The position numbers were made by a program, and so were the translations under genes. Positions 24,850-36,340 of a stretch of 64,000 nt of DNA are shown here, piece by piece. The stretch lies in NCBI RefSeq assembly GCF_018977255.1, contig NW_024704742.1, forward strand, positions 54,376,001 through 54,440,000. Reading direction: 5' to 3'. The notes under the pieces were generated by a model. That model was not told the DNA's origin, did no database searches, and saw nothing but the letters and a program-made list of their open reading frames with translations. The stretch comes from Callorhinchus milii (Eukaryota). How positions within the stretch are numbered: position 1 is the stretch's first letter; the number at the start of each line of letters is the position of its first letter.

Positions 24850-25420
24850 ATCTCCCTCCTCATCGGCCTTCCCAACTCTTCCCTTCACAAGCTCCAGATC
24901 ATCCAAAACTCTGCAGCTTGTGGACTCTCATGCACCAGGCTCCGTGACCCCATCACTCCCACCCTCGCCCGACTCCACTGGCTCCCCATTCCCCAGAGGA
25001 TCGAATTCAAGATCCTAGTCCTCACTTTCAAGGCCATCCATGGCCTTGCCACCTCCTACCTCTCTGACTTGCTGACTTCCTACCAACCTGCCCACTCCCT
25101 CCATTCAGCGGGCTCCGGCCTGCTCCATGTCTCCCGCCCGACCCTCCCTACCATTGGTGGCCGGGCTTTCAGCCTCTCTGCCCCCACACTCTGGAACTCC
25201 ATCCCACAGACCCTTCGCCTCGCTTCCTCCCTTGCCTCCTTCAAAGCCGGTCTCACACCCTCCTCTTCAATCATGCCTTCGGTAGCCCTCCCACCTCTCT
25301 GCCTTCCCTCACCCCTCCCCTCCTCCATGCTCAGGCCCCGAACCCTGACTGTCCAGCGCCTTGGGACATCCTCCCAACATGAAAGGCGCTCTATAAATGT
25401 AATTTTGTTGTTGTTGTTGT
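24850..25420 (+). mobile_element. L2 3' fragment
   Basis: LHKLQIIQNSAA, LHWLPIPQRIEFKIL, GGRAFSLSAPTLWNSIP; stem-loop and (TTG)n. Confidence 0.95.
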
Positions 25421-25554
25421 GACAACAAATTATGTTTATATATAATGCCTTTTATATTAGAAGGACATCCCAAGGTGCTGGAGGGTTAGAATCCCTACCC
25501 ATAGTGACTGATCTCCTTCCAAGCCCTGCCAATAAACCAGACTGAATGGTTTGG

Positions 25555-25703
25555 CTTAGTGGCGTGCCTTAAGACCTTCCTATTCAAACGTGCTTATGGT
25601 CACCTTCCCCTCCCCCAGCTCAGAGTTGTGCTCCGCCACTGTCAAGTGCTCTGGGACACCACCCTGTGTGAAGAGCACTATATAAATGCAAGTTGTCGTT
25701 GTT
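25555..25703 (+). mobile_element. L2 3' end, distinct 3'-UTR type
   Basis: GCTCCGCCACTGTCAAGTGCTCTGGG...CCCTGTGTGA tail, also at 53890-53968. Confidence 0.8.
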
Positions 25704-25963
25704 TGTCATCAGCAGTGCCCTGCAGTACGATGGGCTCAGCAACCGGACTGCCGAGACTGTCACAATAGATGGACTCAATTCAGACCCAAAGTTAAGTATG
25801 GAGCCAGCTCAATTTCAAGAAGATCCAGCTTACCATCCTCCAAACCCGAAGAGCATAGTCACAGTGTGTTTTAGCTTCCTAAGACCCAAAATATATTCAG
25901 TGTGCCAGATGTAGTCACACGAAGGCGAGATACAATTTCAACATTATATCATCTAATAAAAGT

Positions 25964-26240
25964 TAATAATAATCCTTGCATTTGATATAGTGCCTTATCA
26001 TGTCTTCAAGATGTCTCAAAGTGCTTCACAGAATACACTCTAAAGTGAATTGACTATATATTGTGGGCGAAACCAGGCAGCCAACATCGTACAGTGTCTA
26101 CAAACAGTCGTGGATTGAATGACCAAATTATTTTTATTTTGAAGGAATTATTACCTCCAGAAAAGCAATTGACTAACAACTGGGTTCCAACTTACTGCTA
26201 GGTAAACAGAAGTGGATGGAGTACGGAAACTTGCCCAACG
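25964..26240 (-). mobile_element. 5'-truncated tRNA-derived SINE (long variant), abutted by an opposite-strand SINE tail at 26243-26281
   Basis: (TAA)n-TCCTTGCATTTGATAT at left; body ends GAAACTTGCCCAACG; then AAGGCGCAATATCAAATGCAAGGA(TTA)n. Confidence 0.88.
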
Positions 26241-26724
26241 ACAAGGCGCAATATCAAATGCAAGGATTATTATTATTATTACTCCTGTGTGGAATTGTAA
26301 TGGTAACTGCTGACACAAAAAGTGACGGTTCTAGCCCCTTCCAAGATTCATGAAGTGATTTTTCAGACACCTTGCAATCAACTTTGTTTAACTATACACA
26401 GGAGGTTTACTGATTCACTGTTTCCTGAGGCATTCATTTCCCCAAAGCAAAGGATCATCAGATATATAGATTTTATGCCATAGCCACTTTTTCAAGGTGA
26501 CTTGATGCTGTTGGGTACATTCATCCAAAATGTCCACCTACCCAGAATGTCTATTTAGATGATAAAATAATCAACATTGAGTTCCCTATGCGATTACACA
26601 TGTAAATCCAAACTGCCCAGAGTCTCCTCTTTTATTTGTCTGATAAACCTTGTTTGTTTGTTTGTTTGTATAAAATACATGTATTTGTATGTACATGTAT
26701 CTCAATATTTTGAGCTATTGAGAG

Positions 26725-27130
26725 ATAATAATCCTTGTATTTTTGATGTAGTGCCTTATTATACCATTGAGACATCTCAAAGCGCTTCACAAGATCTCAC
26801 TGTAAATTGTAATATTTGGTTATTTTGTAGGCGAACACTGGCAGTCACGTCACTGACAAATGTGACTGACCAATTTTATAATAATAAAATAATAATCCTT
26901 GTATATTATAGCGCTTTTCACATCTTCTAAATGTCTCAAAGCGCTTTACAGAATACACTGTAAAGTGAAATGACTGTATACTTCTGGGCGAAACGCAGCA
27001 GCCAATTGCACACAGCAGTGTCCCACAAACAGTCGTGGATGAAGTGACCAATTTATTATTGTTTTGTTTTGGAGAGATTATTATTAGGCGTGTGGAGTAA
27101 GGAAACTTGTCCCAAGGTTCCGCCCTGCCT
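26725..27130 (-). mobile_element. Two tandem SINE copies (degenerate 26725-26878; younger, 5'-truncated 26879-27130)
   Basis: Two successive ATAATAATCCTTG tails followed by SINE body; ends CGCCCTGCCT. Confidence 0.88.
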
Positions 27131-27809
27131 ATCTAAGATTCTTACAAGGTATTAAGTCATGGTTGCTGCTCTCTTCCTAAAACATACAAACTAGCCATTT
27201 GCCATACAGTCTCATCTCAGAATTCCAGTCTAACGTGGATATCACTTCACAAAGATCATAAGAGATATTCAGATGTATCTGTCTCTTTGGTACATTTGAT
27301 CTTGTCCTTCAAGAACACCAGCCTTACTTTGTTCCCATCATAGCATCAAGCTGATACTTAAACGAGTCATTTCCTGACATGAACCATCCTCAGTGACAAC
27401 TTATTCTAGTTGTTGACTATCTGCTGTGTAAAGAATTACTTTCTATTATCCTAGAATTGCCATTCACAACTTTGAAACACTTGACCTTTAAGTTCAAAGC
27501 GCACCTCACGGGATTTGTATTGAAAAGTGTAGTGACTGTGTATTAACAACAAACAACAGCAAATTACATTTATATTAAGGCAATATTCTGTGCGTTAACA
27601 CTGAAATGTTATAATCCAAACGGCAGCAGACTCAATAGCTGCACAAGCAGTTTTTGGTCAAACCATTTCATGCAGTTGCTGGGGAAAATGTTCACCTGAG
27701 GCTAGTCATCATCTGGAACATCATCAGGAGTGGAAATTTTAATGTGATTATTATCAGATTGAATGTTGTATCTTTAATAATAATCTTTGCATTTGATAGA
27801 CTGCCTTAT

Positions 27810-28400
27810 CCAAGACCTGGAACAAGTCCCAGCTTTGTTCTTTCCTCTCCTGCCATTCCCTCTTTGAACCCCTTCAACCGGGTGCCCATAGCATGGAAAC
27901 AGCCCTGGTCAAAGTAATTTACAACATTCTGAACATATGTGATCAGGGCTTCCTCTGCCTACTTGACCTCCTTGACCTCTCTGCTGTCTTTGACACTGTC
28001 AACCATTCTATCCTCCTACACCACCTCTCTTCTCAGCTCAATCTTTGTGGACCTACCCTTGTCTGGTTTGAATCCTACCTCTCCCCCCATCTCCACATTG
28101 TCACCACTAACAACTTCTTCTCCAGCCCCCACACCGTCACATGTGGCATCCCTTAGGGCTCTGTCCTTGACCCTCTTCTTTTCAATGTCTATATACTCCC
28201 CCTTCATGATATCATCTGCAGATATGGGGTCAACTTCCACATGTATGCGGATGACACCCACTCTAACTCTCTGCCTCCACCCTCGATTCCAGGACCACAG
28301 AGACTGCTTGTTGGACATCAAGTCCTGGATGAGAGCTAGCTTCCTGCAGTTAAATGTCAACAAGACCAAGGCCCTCCTGCTTGGCTCCCGTCAGTGCCAT
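27810..28400 (+). mobile_element. L2 RT fragment
   Basis: ETALVKV, LLDLSAVFDTVNH, ATGTATGCGGATGAC (MYADD), LQLNVNKT. Confidence 0.92.
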
Positions 28401-28424
28401 CCACCTGGACAGCTATTATGTCTC

Positions 28425-28575
28425 GTCCGAAAGTTGGAACCTCCAACAATGCAGCATATCCCAGCATTACAATGGAGTGTCAGCCTAGACTATGTGTTCC
28501 AAGTCCCAAAATAGGACTTGAACCCACAACTTTTTGACTCCGAGGGGAAAATGCAATGACTGAGCCAGGCTGATA
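28425..28575 (-). mobile_element. Deu-domain SINE 5' fragment
   Basis: GTCTCGTCCGAAAG...GGAGTGTCAGCCTAGAC...GGACTTGAACCCACAAC...TGAGCCAGGCTGA. Confidence 0.78.
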
Positions 28576-28639
28576 ATCCTAAAAGCTATTCAGATGAAGA
28601 CGTTCCTTCAGCTCACTTGATCTCAGGCTTGTAGGATAC

Positions 28640-28980
28640 GCAACCTTTCTGTTTCCCAACAGAGTATCAAGCTGTTTCTTGAATGATTTAATTTATCTGA
28701 CCTCTAACACCATTCCTGGTAAAGTATTACAGCTGTAAATACTCTCAGTATAAAGTAATACCAAATGGTGGTTGTCTTGAAATTGTCTTTCATAACCCCA
28801 CATCTTGTCCTAGAGCAAAAGTGTATCTGAAAGCAATGTTCTGGGTTTACTTATTAATTCTTTTTAGCAATGGATATCTCTATAAGGTCACCTCTGACAC
28901 ATATCTTTTCCAGGTTGACAAGCCGTATTTTGCCTAACTATTTCTCATCCCTCAAATGTTGGGGATTAGCCTTGTTATCA
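28640..28980 (-). mobile_element. Old CR1 fragment
   Basis: Degenerate CR1 C-terminal and 3' pattern (GCTGTTTCTTGAATGA...CTCTATAAGGTCACCTCT...TCCAGGTTGA), similar to 42120-42400. Confidence 0.45.
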
Positions 28981-29621
28981 CATTGAACAGCAAAATGAGA
29001 AACTGAACTGTTTGTTACATCAACTATATATAACTAAAGGAATTTTTATCAGGTTTGAGATTATAAATATAGTCTAAGTTTTGCTGCATACAAACCAAGC
29101 AGATAGATTCCCTCCTCTTCCAGATCAAGCAAACGTTTTATGAGCAGAATGAAAGCTGGTAAATCACTTTCCTTCTAAGTAAGAAAAATCTAATCTTTCT
29201 GCAATGGCTGCCACTACTGACAGTGACAGCCTCAAAGTCTAGAGCAACCGCAAGATTTCCACTTAATTTCACTTGTATTTAAAAGACAATCCCAAGCATT
29301 TTGAGAGAAATTTACATATTCCCAAATTGAAAGATTATCTTTATGGAAATGGCATGAGTTAAAGCTAAAGGAGGTGCCAGATTTTCAAGTCTTCAATAAT
29401 GATTCTCCAAACAGTTTCTTTGATATCAAAGTGAGTAAATTCAATACAATTTTTAAAAATCAAGCAGCCTTTTTTGATTGCTCAATTTTCTTTAATCTAA
29501 ATAAATTTGAATTTGGTTAGCAAAAGAATGATAAGTAATATCTGCATTTGATCTGACTCTTTGCCACAACAACAATTTGCACTTATATAAAGTCACGTAG
29601 GAGGACATGTCACCACACTTT

Positions 29622-29985
29622 ACAACAACAACAACAACAACAAGATTCCATTTATAAAGCGCCTTTCACGTCAGGAGGACGTCCCAAGACGCTGCACAGT
29701 TGGGTCATGACCCGAGCAGGGGGGAAATGGTCAGGGTGAGGGGAGGGAAGGGAGGGAGCGAGGAGGGGGGAAATGGTCAGGGTGAGGGGAGGGAAGGGAG
29801 GGAGCGAGGAGGGGGGAAATGGTCAGGGTGAGGGGAGGGAAGGGAGGGAGCGAGGAGGGGGGAAATGGTCAGGGTAAGGGGAGGGAAGGGAGGGAGCGAG
29901 GAGGGGGGAAATGGTCAGGGTAAAGGGAGGGAAGGGAGGGAGCGAGGAGGGGGAAGAGAGTCGAGAGGGGAGCTGAAGGCTCGGT
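29622..29985 (-). mobile_element. Young L2 3' terminus with five tandem 46-bp units in its 3' UTR
   Basis: Tail matches 38980-39042; AAATGGTCAGGG recurs at 29725, 29771, 29817, 29863 and 29909. Confidence 0.95.
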
Positions 29986-30420
29986 CAAAGAGAAGAGTTT
30001 GAGTGAGGGAGGGAGGTAGGGGGAAGACGATCAAAGACACGGTCAAGGAGATATATTTTTAGTTTGGTTTGAAAACACAGAGAAGAGCTGGGGCTGAGGG
30101 ATTTGAGAAAGAGTTGGGGCAAAGTGGCTAAAAGTGGGATGATTGGGTGAGTATAAATGTGAGGGATTGCAGAGATGGGCAAGATTGTGAGGGAATTTGA
30201 GGGTGAGGCTGAGCATCTTAAAGTTGATCTACAGTGGGATAAAGAATCAGTGAAGCAAGGGTGAGGATGGGGAATGATGGTTTCACAGTGCTCGGTGAGG
30301 AAGAGTATGTGGTCTGTGGAGTTCAGGATGATCTGGAGCTTGTGGAGAGTAGTGAAAGAGAGACCAGAAAGCAAAACATTGGACAAATTGTGTTTGTAGG
30401 TAATAAACGCATGGATCTGG
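29986..30420 (-). mobile_element. Old L2 3' fragment
   Basis: TLHKLQIILNS, FQTKLKIYLLDRVF. Confidence 0.75.
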
Positions 30421-30424
30421 ACAG

Positions 30425-30845
30425 AAACTGGAGGAACTAGGACTTTTCAATGCAACAAAGAAGATTGAGGGATGACCTGATAGAGGTCTTTAAAATCACG
30501 AGGGCTTTTGATAGAGTCAATAGGGAGAAATTATTTCCACTGGCCAGTGAATCAGTAACTAGAGGGCATCAATTTAAGAGAATTAATAAATGAGCAAATG
30601 GAGATGTTAGGAGAATTTTTTGTGTATTAGTTAGTGTATGGAATGTTCTGCTGGAAGCGGTAGTTGAGCCAAAATCCAAATTGGACTTCAAGAGGGAACT
30701 AGACAGATATCTTAAAAAGAGTCAGTATGGTGAAAGGGTAAGTGGGACTGAGAGAATTGCCCTGGGGGGAGTCAACACAGCCACAATGGGCCAAATGGCC
30801 TTCTTTGGTGCCATAAATGTCTTTGATCCTATGGTTCTATGGATT
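30425..30845 (+). mobile_element. CR1 LINE 3' end
   Basis: AGAAGATTGAGGGATGACCTGATAGAGGTCTTTAAAATC (RRLRDDLIEVFKI), ACTAGAGGGCAT (TRGH), tail GGGCCAAATGGCC...CTATGGTTCTATG. Confidence 0.88.
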
Positions 30846-31030
30846 AAGATTTTGGCTATGTTGGGTTGAGATTTTGTCACATATGAGTCACTTTAAAGTG
30901 TAGTGAAGCTTTGATTTGTAGATTCATGGAGTAAAAGTAAATTCTCTTCCAATTAATTCACTGTATACCTTCCAGCAACAAAAAGTATTTTTTTCTCAAT
31001 CTATAATAATGATATAACAAGGGCAATATG

Positions 31031-31319
31031 TTGGTCAAGTTTCCTTACATGCATCTGTTTACCTAGCCATAAGTAGGAACCTGGCTGTTAGTTGATTGGT
31101 GGATCGCTTTTCCGGGGCTAATAATTACATCAATTTTTTAATTTTTTTATAATAATAATCAATTGGTCACTCAATCGATGACTGTTGGACAATAGGCTGC
31201 TGCATTTTGCCCACAAAATATACAGTTAATTCACTTTGCAGTATATTCAGTAAAGCATTTTGAGACCTCTCGAAGACATGATAAAGTGTTATATCAAATG
31301 CAAGGATGATTATTATTAT
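31031..31319 (+). mobile_element. 5'-truncated tRNA-derived SINE (long variant) at the transposase C-terminus
   Basis: SINE body and TTA tail directly abut the end of the hAT transposase reading frame. Confidence 0.9.
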
Positions 31320-32834
31320 ATTTGGATTCAGTTTTGAGCACTCTAGTAGAAAAAGATTATTAAGGTGATCCTCTGTTAGTTTGGAATGGTATTTATTTTT
31401 TATAAAGTTTATGGTGGCGAAGGGCTGCTCACAGGTGTAGGTTGATCCAAATCTGGACACATATCGAAGAGCATGATCCTGCAATTTAGGAAAATAATTC
31501 TTAGGTTTGAATTTCCAAAACGACTTCAAGTCCTGGCTTAATGGAGAAGCACACAGTTCTTTGAATTTGCTATGTAAGCCTGAATGAGTTTTAATTTCCA
31601 AACTTTCCAACTGCATTTCTGGTGGATAATGTACAACTTTGGTGTCCAAAAGAGAGAAAGGGTTGGTGAAAAGTGCTCTATTGTCTTTGTCTTCTTTAAA
31701 ATCTTGAAAACAGGCATCAAAGGAATTATTTAGTGAAGAAATTGCATTCTGATATGTTTCAAAACTGATGATGACATTACTGTCACTTTTTAATTGTCGC
31801 CAGTGAACAGAGTGATCCCGTTTTTTGCGAGACAAAACATTCAAAAGAAAGGTTAAGTTTAGCCTTAAAGCTGAAATTAAATTAAACAGAGATGGAAAAA
31901 TGCATTCCTTTTGTTGCAAGCGTGCATTGAGATTGTTAAGATGACCGGTAATGTCCATAATGAAAGCAAGGTTTCAGAGTTGTAGTCTTCAAGAAGTTCT
32001 CCCTTCTCCTCCAAAAATGTGAGTATTTTTTCTTTTAAATTCCAAAATCTTTCAAGAGCCTTCCCTTTTAATATCCAACGGACATTGCAATGAAGGAGTA
32101 ATGCCATTTCCTCATTTACCTCTTCATCTAACACGTACCAAAATTCCCGGGGATTTAATGCGTGAGCACAAATGTTGTTTATGCAATGCATCGCAGGATC
32201 AAGTGCACAAGCAAAGGCCAAGTCTTTGGCATAAAGTGCCTCCTGGTGAATAACACAATGATACTCGAATAACTTGCATTCCAAAAACATTTCCAACAAA
32301 GCAACATAACCACTTCTGTTTCCATTCGTAGCAGGTGACCTGTCTGTATAAATGCTCTCTAATTTGAACCAGTCAAGCTTATTGTCTTGAATACATTTTT
32401 TTTAGTTCTTCAAAAATATCCGCTCCATGGTTGAAATAAGCTGACATAACCCAAAAAGTTCCTCAATTATATCAAAATTTTCGTTGATACACCTAACAAA
32501 TACACTGAGCTGTGCCATATCAATAGAATCACATTTCCTCCTTTTTAATAAAAAAATTTTTGCTGAGAGGCTAATTTTGGGGGGAAATAAAATCTATATG
32601 CAAAGCCGACCCAACGGAATATTTTGTGTTGAATTCAGCATGTCTTTGCTTAAAATGCCGCCTCTGAATTATTTTTTTTAGGCACAGCAACTGGAACGCC
32701 ACAATCCAAGTGTACTGGTTTTGAAGCTCTCCTTGTGTAAGCAAGAACGGTCCTTCCCAAGCTGGATTAAACTCTGTCAACGCGATATCCTCTTCATATT
32801 TTCTTTTTGACGTATGGAGCTCACTGAGCGACAT
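31320..32834 (-). pseudogene. hAT transposase pseudogene (GTF2IRD2/EPM2AIP1-like), frameshifted and internally deleted
   Basis: MSLS..KRK..FNPAWE; RHFKQRHAEF; DMAQLSVFVR..FDIIEEL; HCVIHQEAL; LLHCNVRW..KGKALERF; DITGHLNNLNARLQ; FGSTYTCEQ..KNKYHSKLTEDHL. Confidence 0.9.
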
Positions 32835-33289
32835 GTTTGGGGGTAAAAATCAAAACACTTGCAAGAACAAACAATTAAGCTTCAACACACAGACTGGCGT
32901 TGACCTTGTCGGTGTTTGGGGAGAGGGGGACAGCAATGACGTCACTTCAATGTGGGATCCAGTGATTGTTATTGAAATTATTTTTAATATTAAATGCGAG
33001 GATAATTATCTAAGAATGCCACAGGGAGACTAACTGGCATGTGCTGCCCAGGGCTGTTAGCTGCTGCTTTTGTGCATTCGCCTCACACTGCCATCTTCCA
33101 GGGCCAGGACGATGAGAATCCGCCTCCAATACCTTATACTGAACAGAACATTAATAGCAGGATGGGCTCTGTGGTGTTGTTTTTGCTGTGCGGGGAATGA
33201 GGGCTCTGGTAATGTACATCTATTGTGAAGTGCCTGACCAAGAAGTCCTTGACCCAATCAAGCCTTTGTCACACCCGCTTAGATATCCC

Positions 33290-33665
33290 AGCGCTCTCCC
33301 TTCCTGCTCTCCCTCGCCGCTCTTCCTCCCCGCTCTCCCTCCCTCGCCGCTCTCCCTCCCTCACCTCTCTCCCTCCACGCTCTCCCTCCCTCCCCGCTCT
33401 CCCTCCCTCCCCGCTCTGCCTCCCTCCCCGCTCTCCCTCCCGGCTCTCTCTCCCTCCCCGATCTCTCTCCCCCGCCGCTCTCTCTCCCCCGCCGCTCTCC
33501 CTCCCCGCACTCTCTCTCTCCCTCCCCGCTCTCCCTCGCCGCTCTCCCTCCCGCTCTCCCTCCCCGCTCTCCCTCGCCGCTCTCCCTCCCTGTTCCTCTC
33601 CCTCCCCGCTCTCCCTTGCCACTCTCCCTCCCTGATGCCCCTCCCTGCTGCCCCTCGCTGCTGCC
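33290..33665. repeat. C-rich degenerate tandem repeat (about 13-bp unit CCGCTCTCCCTCC)
   Basis: Repeated CCGCTCTCCCTC motifs with variable spacers, inside the hAT 5' non-coding region. Confidence 0.92.
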
Positions 33666-33894
33666 CCTCATGTGCCACTACCTAGAGCGTGTCATGTCTC
33701 TTTGTGGCACTCATGTCACTGATTGGCCACCACTGATCTATACAAACAAACCAACCTGATACACACAATGTCATACAGAGTGCATTTTATCTATTATTTC
33801 CTTGACTATTGACATTCTTAGAATCACCATTTCTTCTGATCTCAAATCAAACTCTCACATCTCCTGCAGTGCAGCAAGAAACTCTTTCCACTTC

Positions 33895-34051
33895 CTCTAA
33901 ATAAATAGATAATTATTTGGGGAGGACAAGTTTGCAGGGCTATGCAGAGAGAGTGGGGGAATGGGATTGATTTGGATAGCTCTTTTCAAAGTGCCGACAC
34001 AGACATGATGGGCCGAATGGCCTCCTTCTGTGCTGTATAATCTATGATTCT
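33895..34051 (+). mobile_element. CR1-type 3' terminus
   Basis: GATGGGCCGAATGGCCTCCTTCTGTGCTGTATAATCTATGATTCT tail. Confidence 0.85.
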
Positions 34052-35259
34052 TTAATGCCAGGAATCTCTTTTCCTCATAACACTTTAACTACCACGCAAG
34101 ATGTCTCTACTCCCATATCTGAGCCAGCACCTATTATGCATTCCTGGATTGAATGCATTGCCTAATGCTTGTTGTCTTATACTGATGCTTCCCACATCTC
34201 ATATAAAGTTAAATTAAAATAATGACAATCATCTTTATATTTGGTACAGCACGTTTTGTGTTGGGAGGATGTATCAAAGCACTTCACCTTTCCTCTTTCA
34301 TGCCAGACACTTATTTTCCCTTCAATTCCTTAACCCTCTTCATATCTGGGGATAGTAGCAATCTTTACTAGTCCCATATCAGAGTTAAGATGCAACATGT
34401 GAACAGCAGGGCCTCACCACAATCAGGGTCATGTTTACCCTTGGTGAGACAGCTACAGGGGCAACAATATTCTAATTCCAATGGTGTCATTATCATATTA
34501 TGTGCTGTATTTTTCACCCCTAACTGTGTGGTTGCGTGGAAGAGCATTCTTGCTTTTCTTTAATATTCTTTTTTCTCCCAATTTTCTTAGTTAAATTCAG
34601 TAAATTCCTCCTGAAACCTCCATCAGTGACATAAATTTAGCACTGTAACATGTCGATGTTTCTTGGAGGGTGAGAGCTTTCGAATAAAGGCTTTATTTAC
34701 CTCAGCTACTAATCATTTCAGAGACATCAACAACTCTGCTACCTCTACTGCCTTCTTTTCCATTCTAACAATTGCTTGTACTGCAGAATATGTCAACGGC
34801 CTGATGTTTTCCTCTGGTGAATGAGAGCATTGTGGTTCATATTAAAATCAATTGAATAAGTGAAGTCAAGAACCTTTTACGAGGAAGATTGACAGATAAC
34901 AGCCCAGAGCACAGAATAGAATTTTGAATCATACATGCAAGACTGCTGAGCCACAGCAGTACTAATTGTTTGAGGCAGGATAGCAAAAGTGAAAACTTGC
35001 TCCTGCCAAAGATGTACCTGACTTGAATATGTAGTTTCGTACTTTACTTATTGAAGATTACTTTGAGGAAAAATTAATACCAAGAACTTATGTCCACAAA
35101 GCAATTTTTAAAAAATATAATTCTTGCACACAGTAAAATCCCATAAACAGCAATGAAGTGAGTTACCAATTTTATCTTTGGGATGTTAGGCCATGTCTTG
35201 TCACTTTTTCTACTCCAATGTGAATAAACGTTGTTCCTCTTCCTTGTCATCTTACACTT

Positions 35260-35810
35260 TCAACAACAACAAAATTACAATTATGGAGTGCCTTTCACAT
35301 CGGGAGGACCTCGCAAAGTACTGAATAGTTAGGTGTTGGGGTCTGAGCATGGAGAAAGGGTGGTGTAGGGGTGAGGGAAGGCAGAGAGGTGGGAGAGAGA
35401 CCAAAGGCATGGTCGAAGATAAGGGTCTTGAGACCGGCCTTAAAGGAGGCAAGGGAGGAAGCGAGGTGAAGGGACTGTGGGATGGAGTTCCTGAGTGTGG
35501 GGGCAGAGAGGCTGAAAGCCCAGCAACCGATGATAGGGCGTGTCGGGTGGAAGACATAGAGCAGGCCGGAGTTACCACTTAATAATAATCGTGATGAACA
35601 GAGAGAGTGGGCAGGTTGGTAGGGAGTCAGCAGGTCAGAGATGTAGGAGGGGGGCAAGGCCATGGATAGCCTTAAAGGTGAGGACGAGGATCCTGAACTC
35701 GATTCTCTGGGGGATGGGGAGCCAGTGGAGTCGGGCAAGGGTGGGAGTGATGGGTTACGGAGCCTGGTGCATGAGAGTATAGGAGCTTCAGAGTTTTGGA
35801 TGATTTGACA
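35260..35810 (-). mobile_element. L2 3' end (probable 3' part of the 35260-39560 element)
   Basis: QIIQNS..SCTRLR, AFSLSAPTLRNSIP, FKAGLKT; stem-loop and TTG tail; same 3'-UTR type as 24850-25420. Confidence 0.93.
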
Positions 35811-36088
35811 TTCGTGACATTCATCCCTTGTGCTCACTCAGGATTCTCTGTATTTGTGTCTGCGTGTCCATGGGAACCATTTTTCGCTCAAAGTAGACTT
35901 TATACATGTGCAAAAAAAGAATTGGAGTGGCTAGAAGTTGAGGTGTAAAGTAGCAGCATAGTAAAGATTGTTGTTCTTAACTTCATTTCCTGGGCAGGAA
36001 GTAATGTCAAACCAGGCATCTTGACCATGTGCCTCCTTACAACATGGTCCCTTCATGTCTCTTTATATCTGTGGATGTGCACCACACA

Positions 36089-36340
36089 AGGCAGGGTGAA
36101 ACCTTGGGCAAGTTTACGTACTCCACACGCCTAATAATAATCCCTCCAAAACAATAATAAATTGGTCATTTTCAATCCACGACTGTTTGTGGGAAACTGC
36201 TGTGCGCAATTGGCTGCCGCATTTTGCCCATAAATATATGGTCAATTCACTTTACAGCATATTCTGTGAAGTGCTTTGAGACATCTAGAATACGTGAAAA
36301 GTGCTATATCAAATGCAAGAATTATTATTATTATTATTAT
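36089..36340 (+). mobile_element. 5'-truncated tRNA-derived SINE nested in L2
   Basis: AGGCAGGGTGAAACCTTGGGCAAG to (TTA)n. Confidence 0.92.

Larger units (their letters stand above)
31320..33735 (-). mobile_element. Decayed hAT DNA transposon (Charlie/SPIN group), 5' TIR retained
   Basis: Minus strand begins CAGTGGTGGCCAA at 33735, flanked by ATCTATAC (central TA, Charlie-type target); GTGGCAC/GTGCCAC subterminal motifs; transposase remnants inside. Confidence 0.85.

Noticed and set aside
31167..32834. Domesticated host gene such as GTF2IRD2 or EPM2AIP1
   Set aside because: Multiple frameshifts, a large internal deletion, a SINE-truncated C-terminus and a retained TIR indicate a dead transposon.
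33188..33685. Pro/Ser- and Arg/Gly/Glu-rich ORFs
   Set aside because: Translations of a low-complexity C-rich repeat in several frames.
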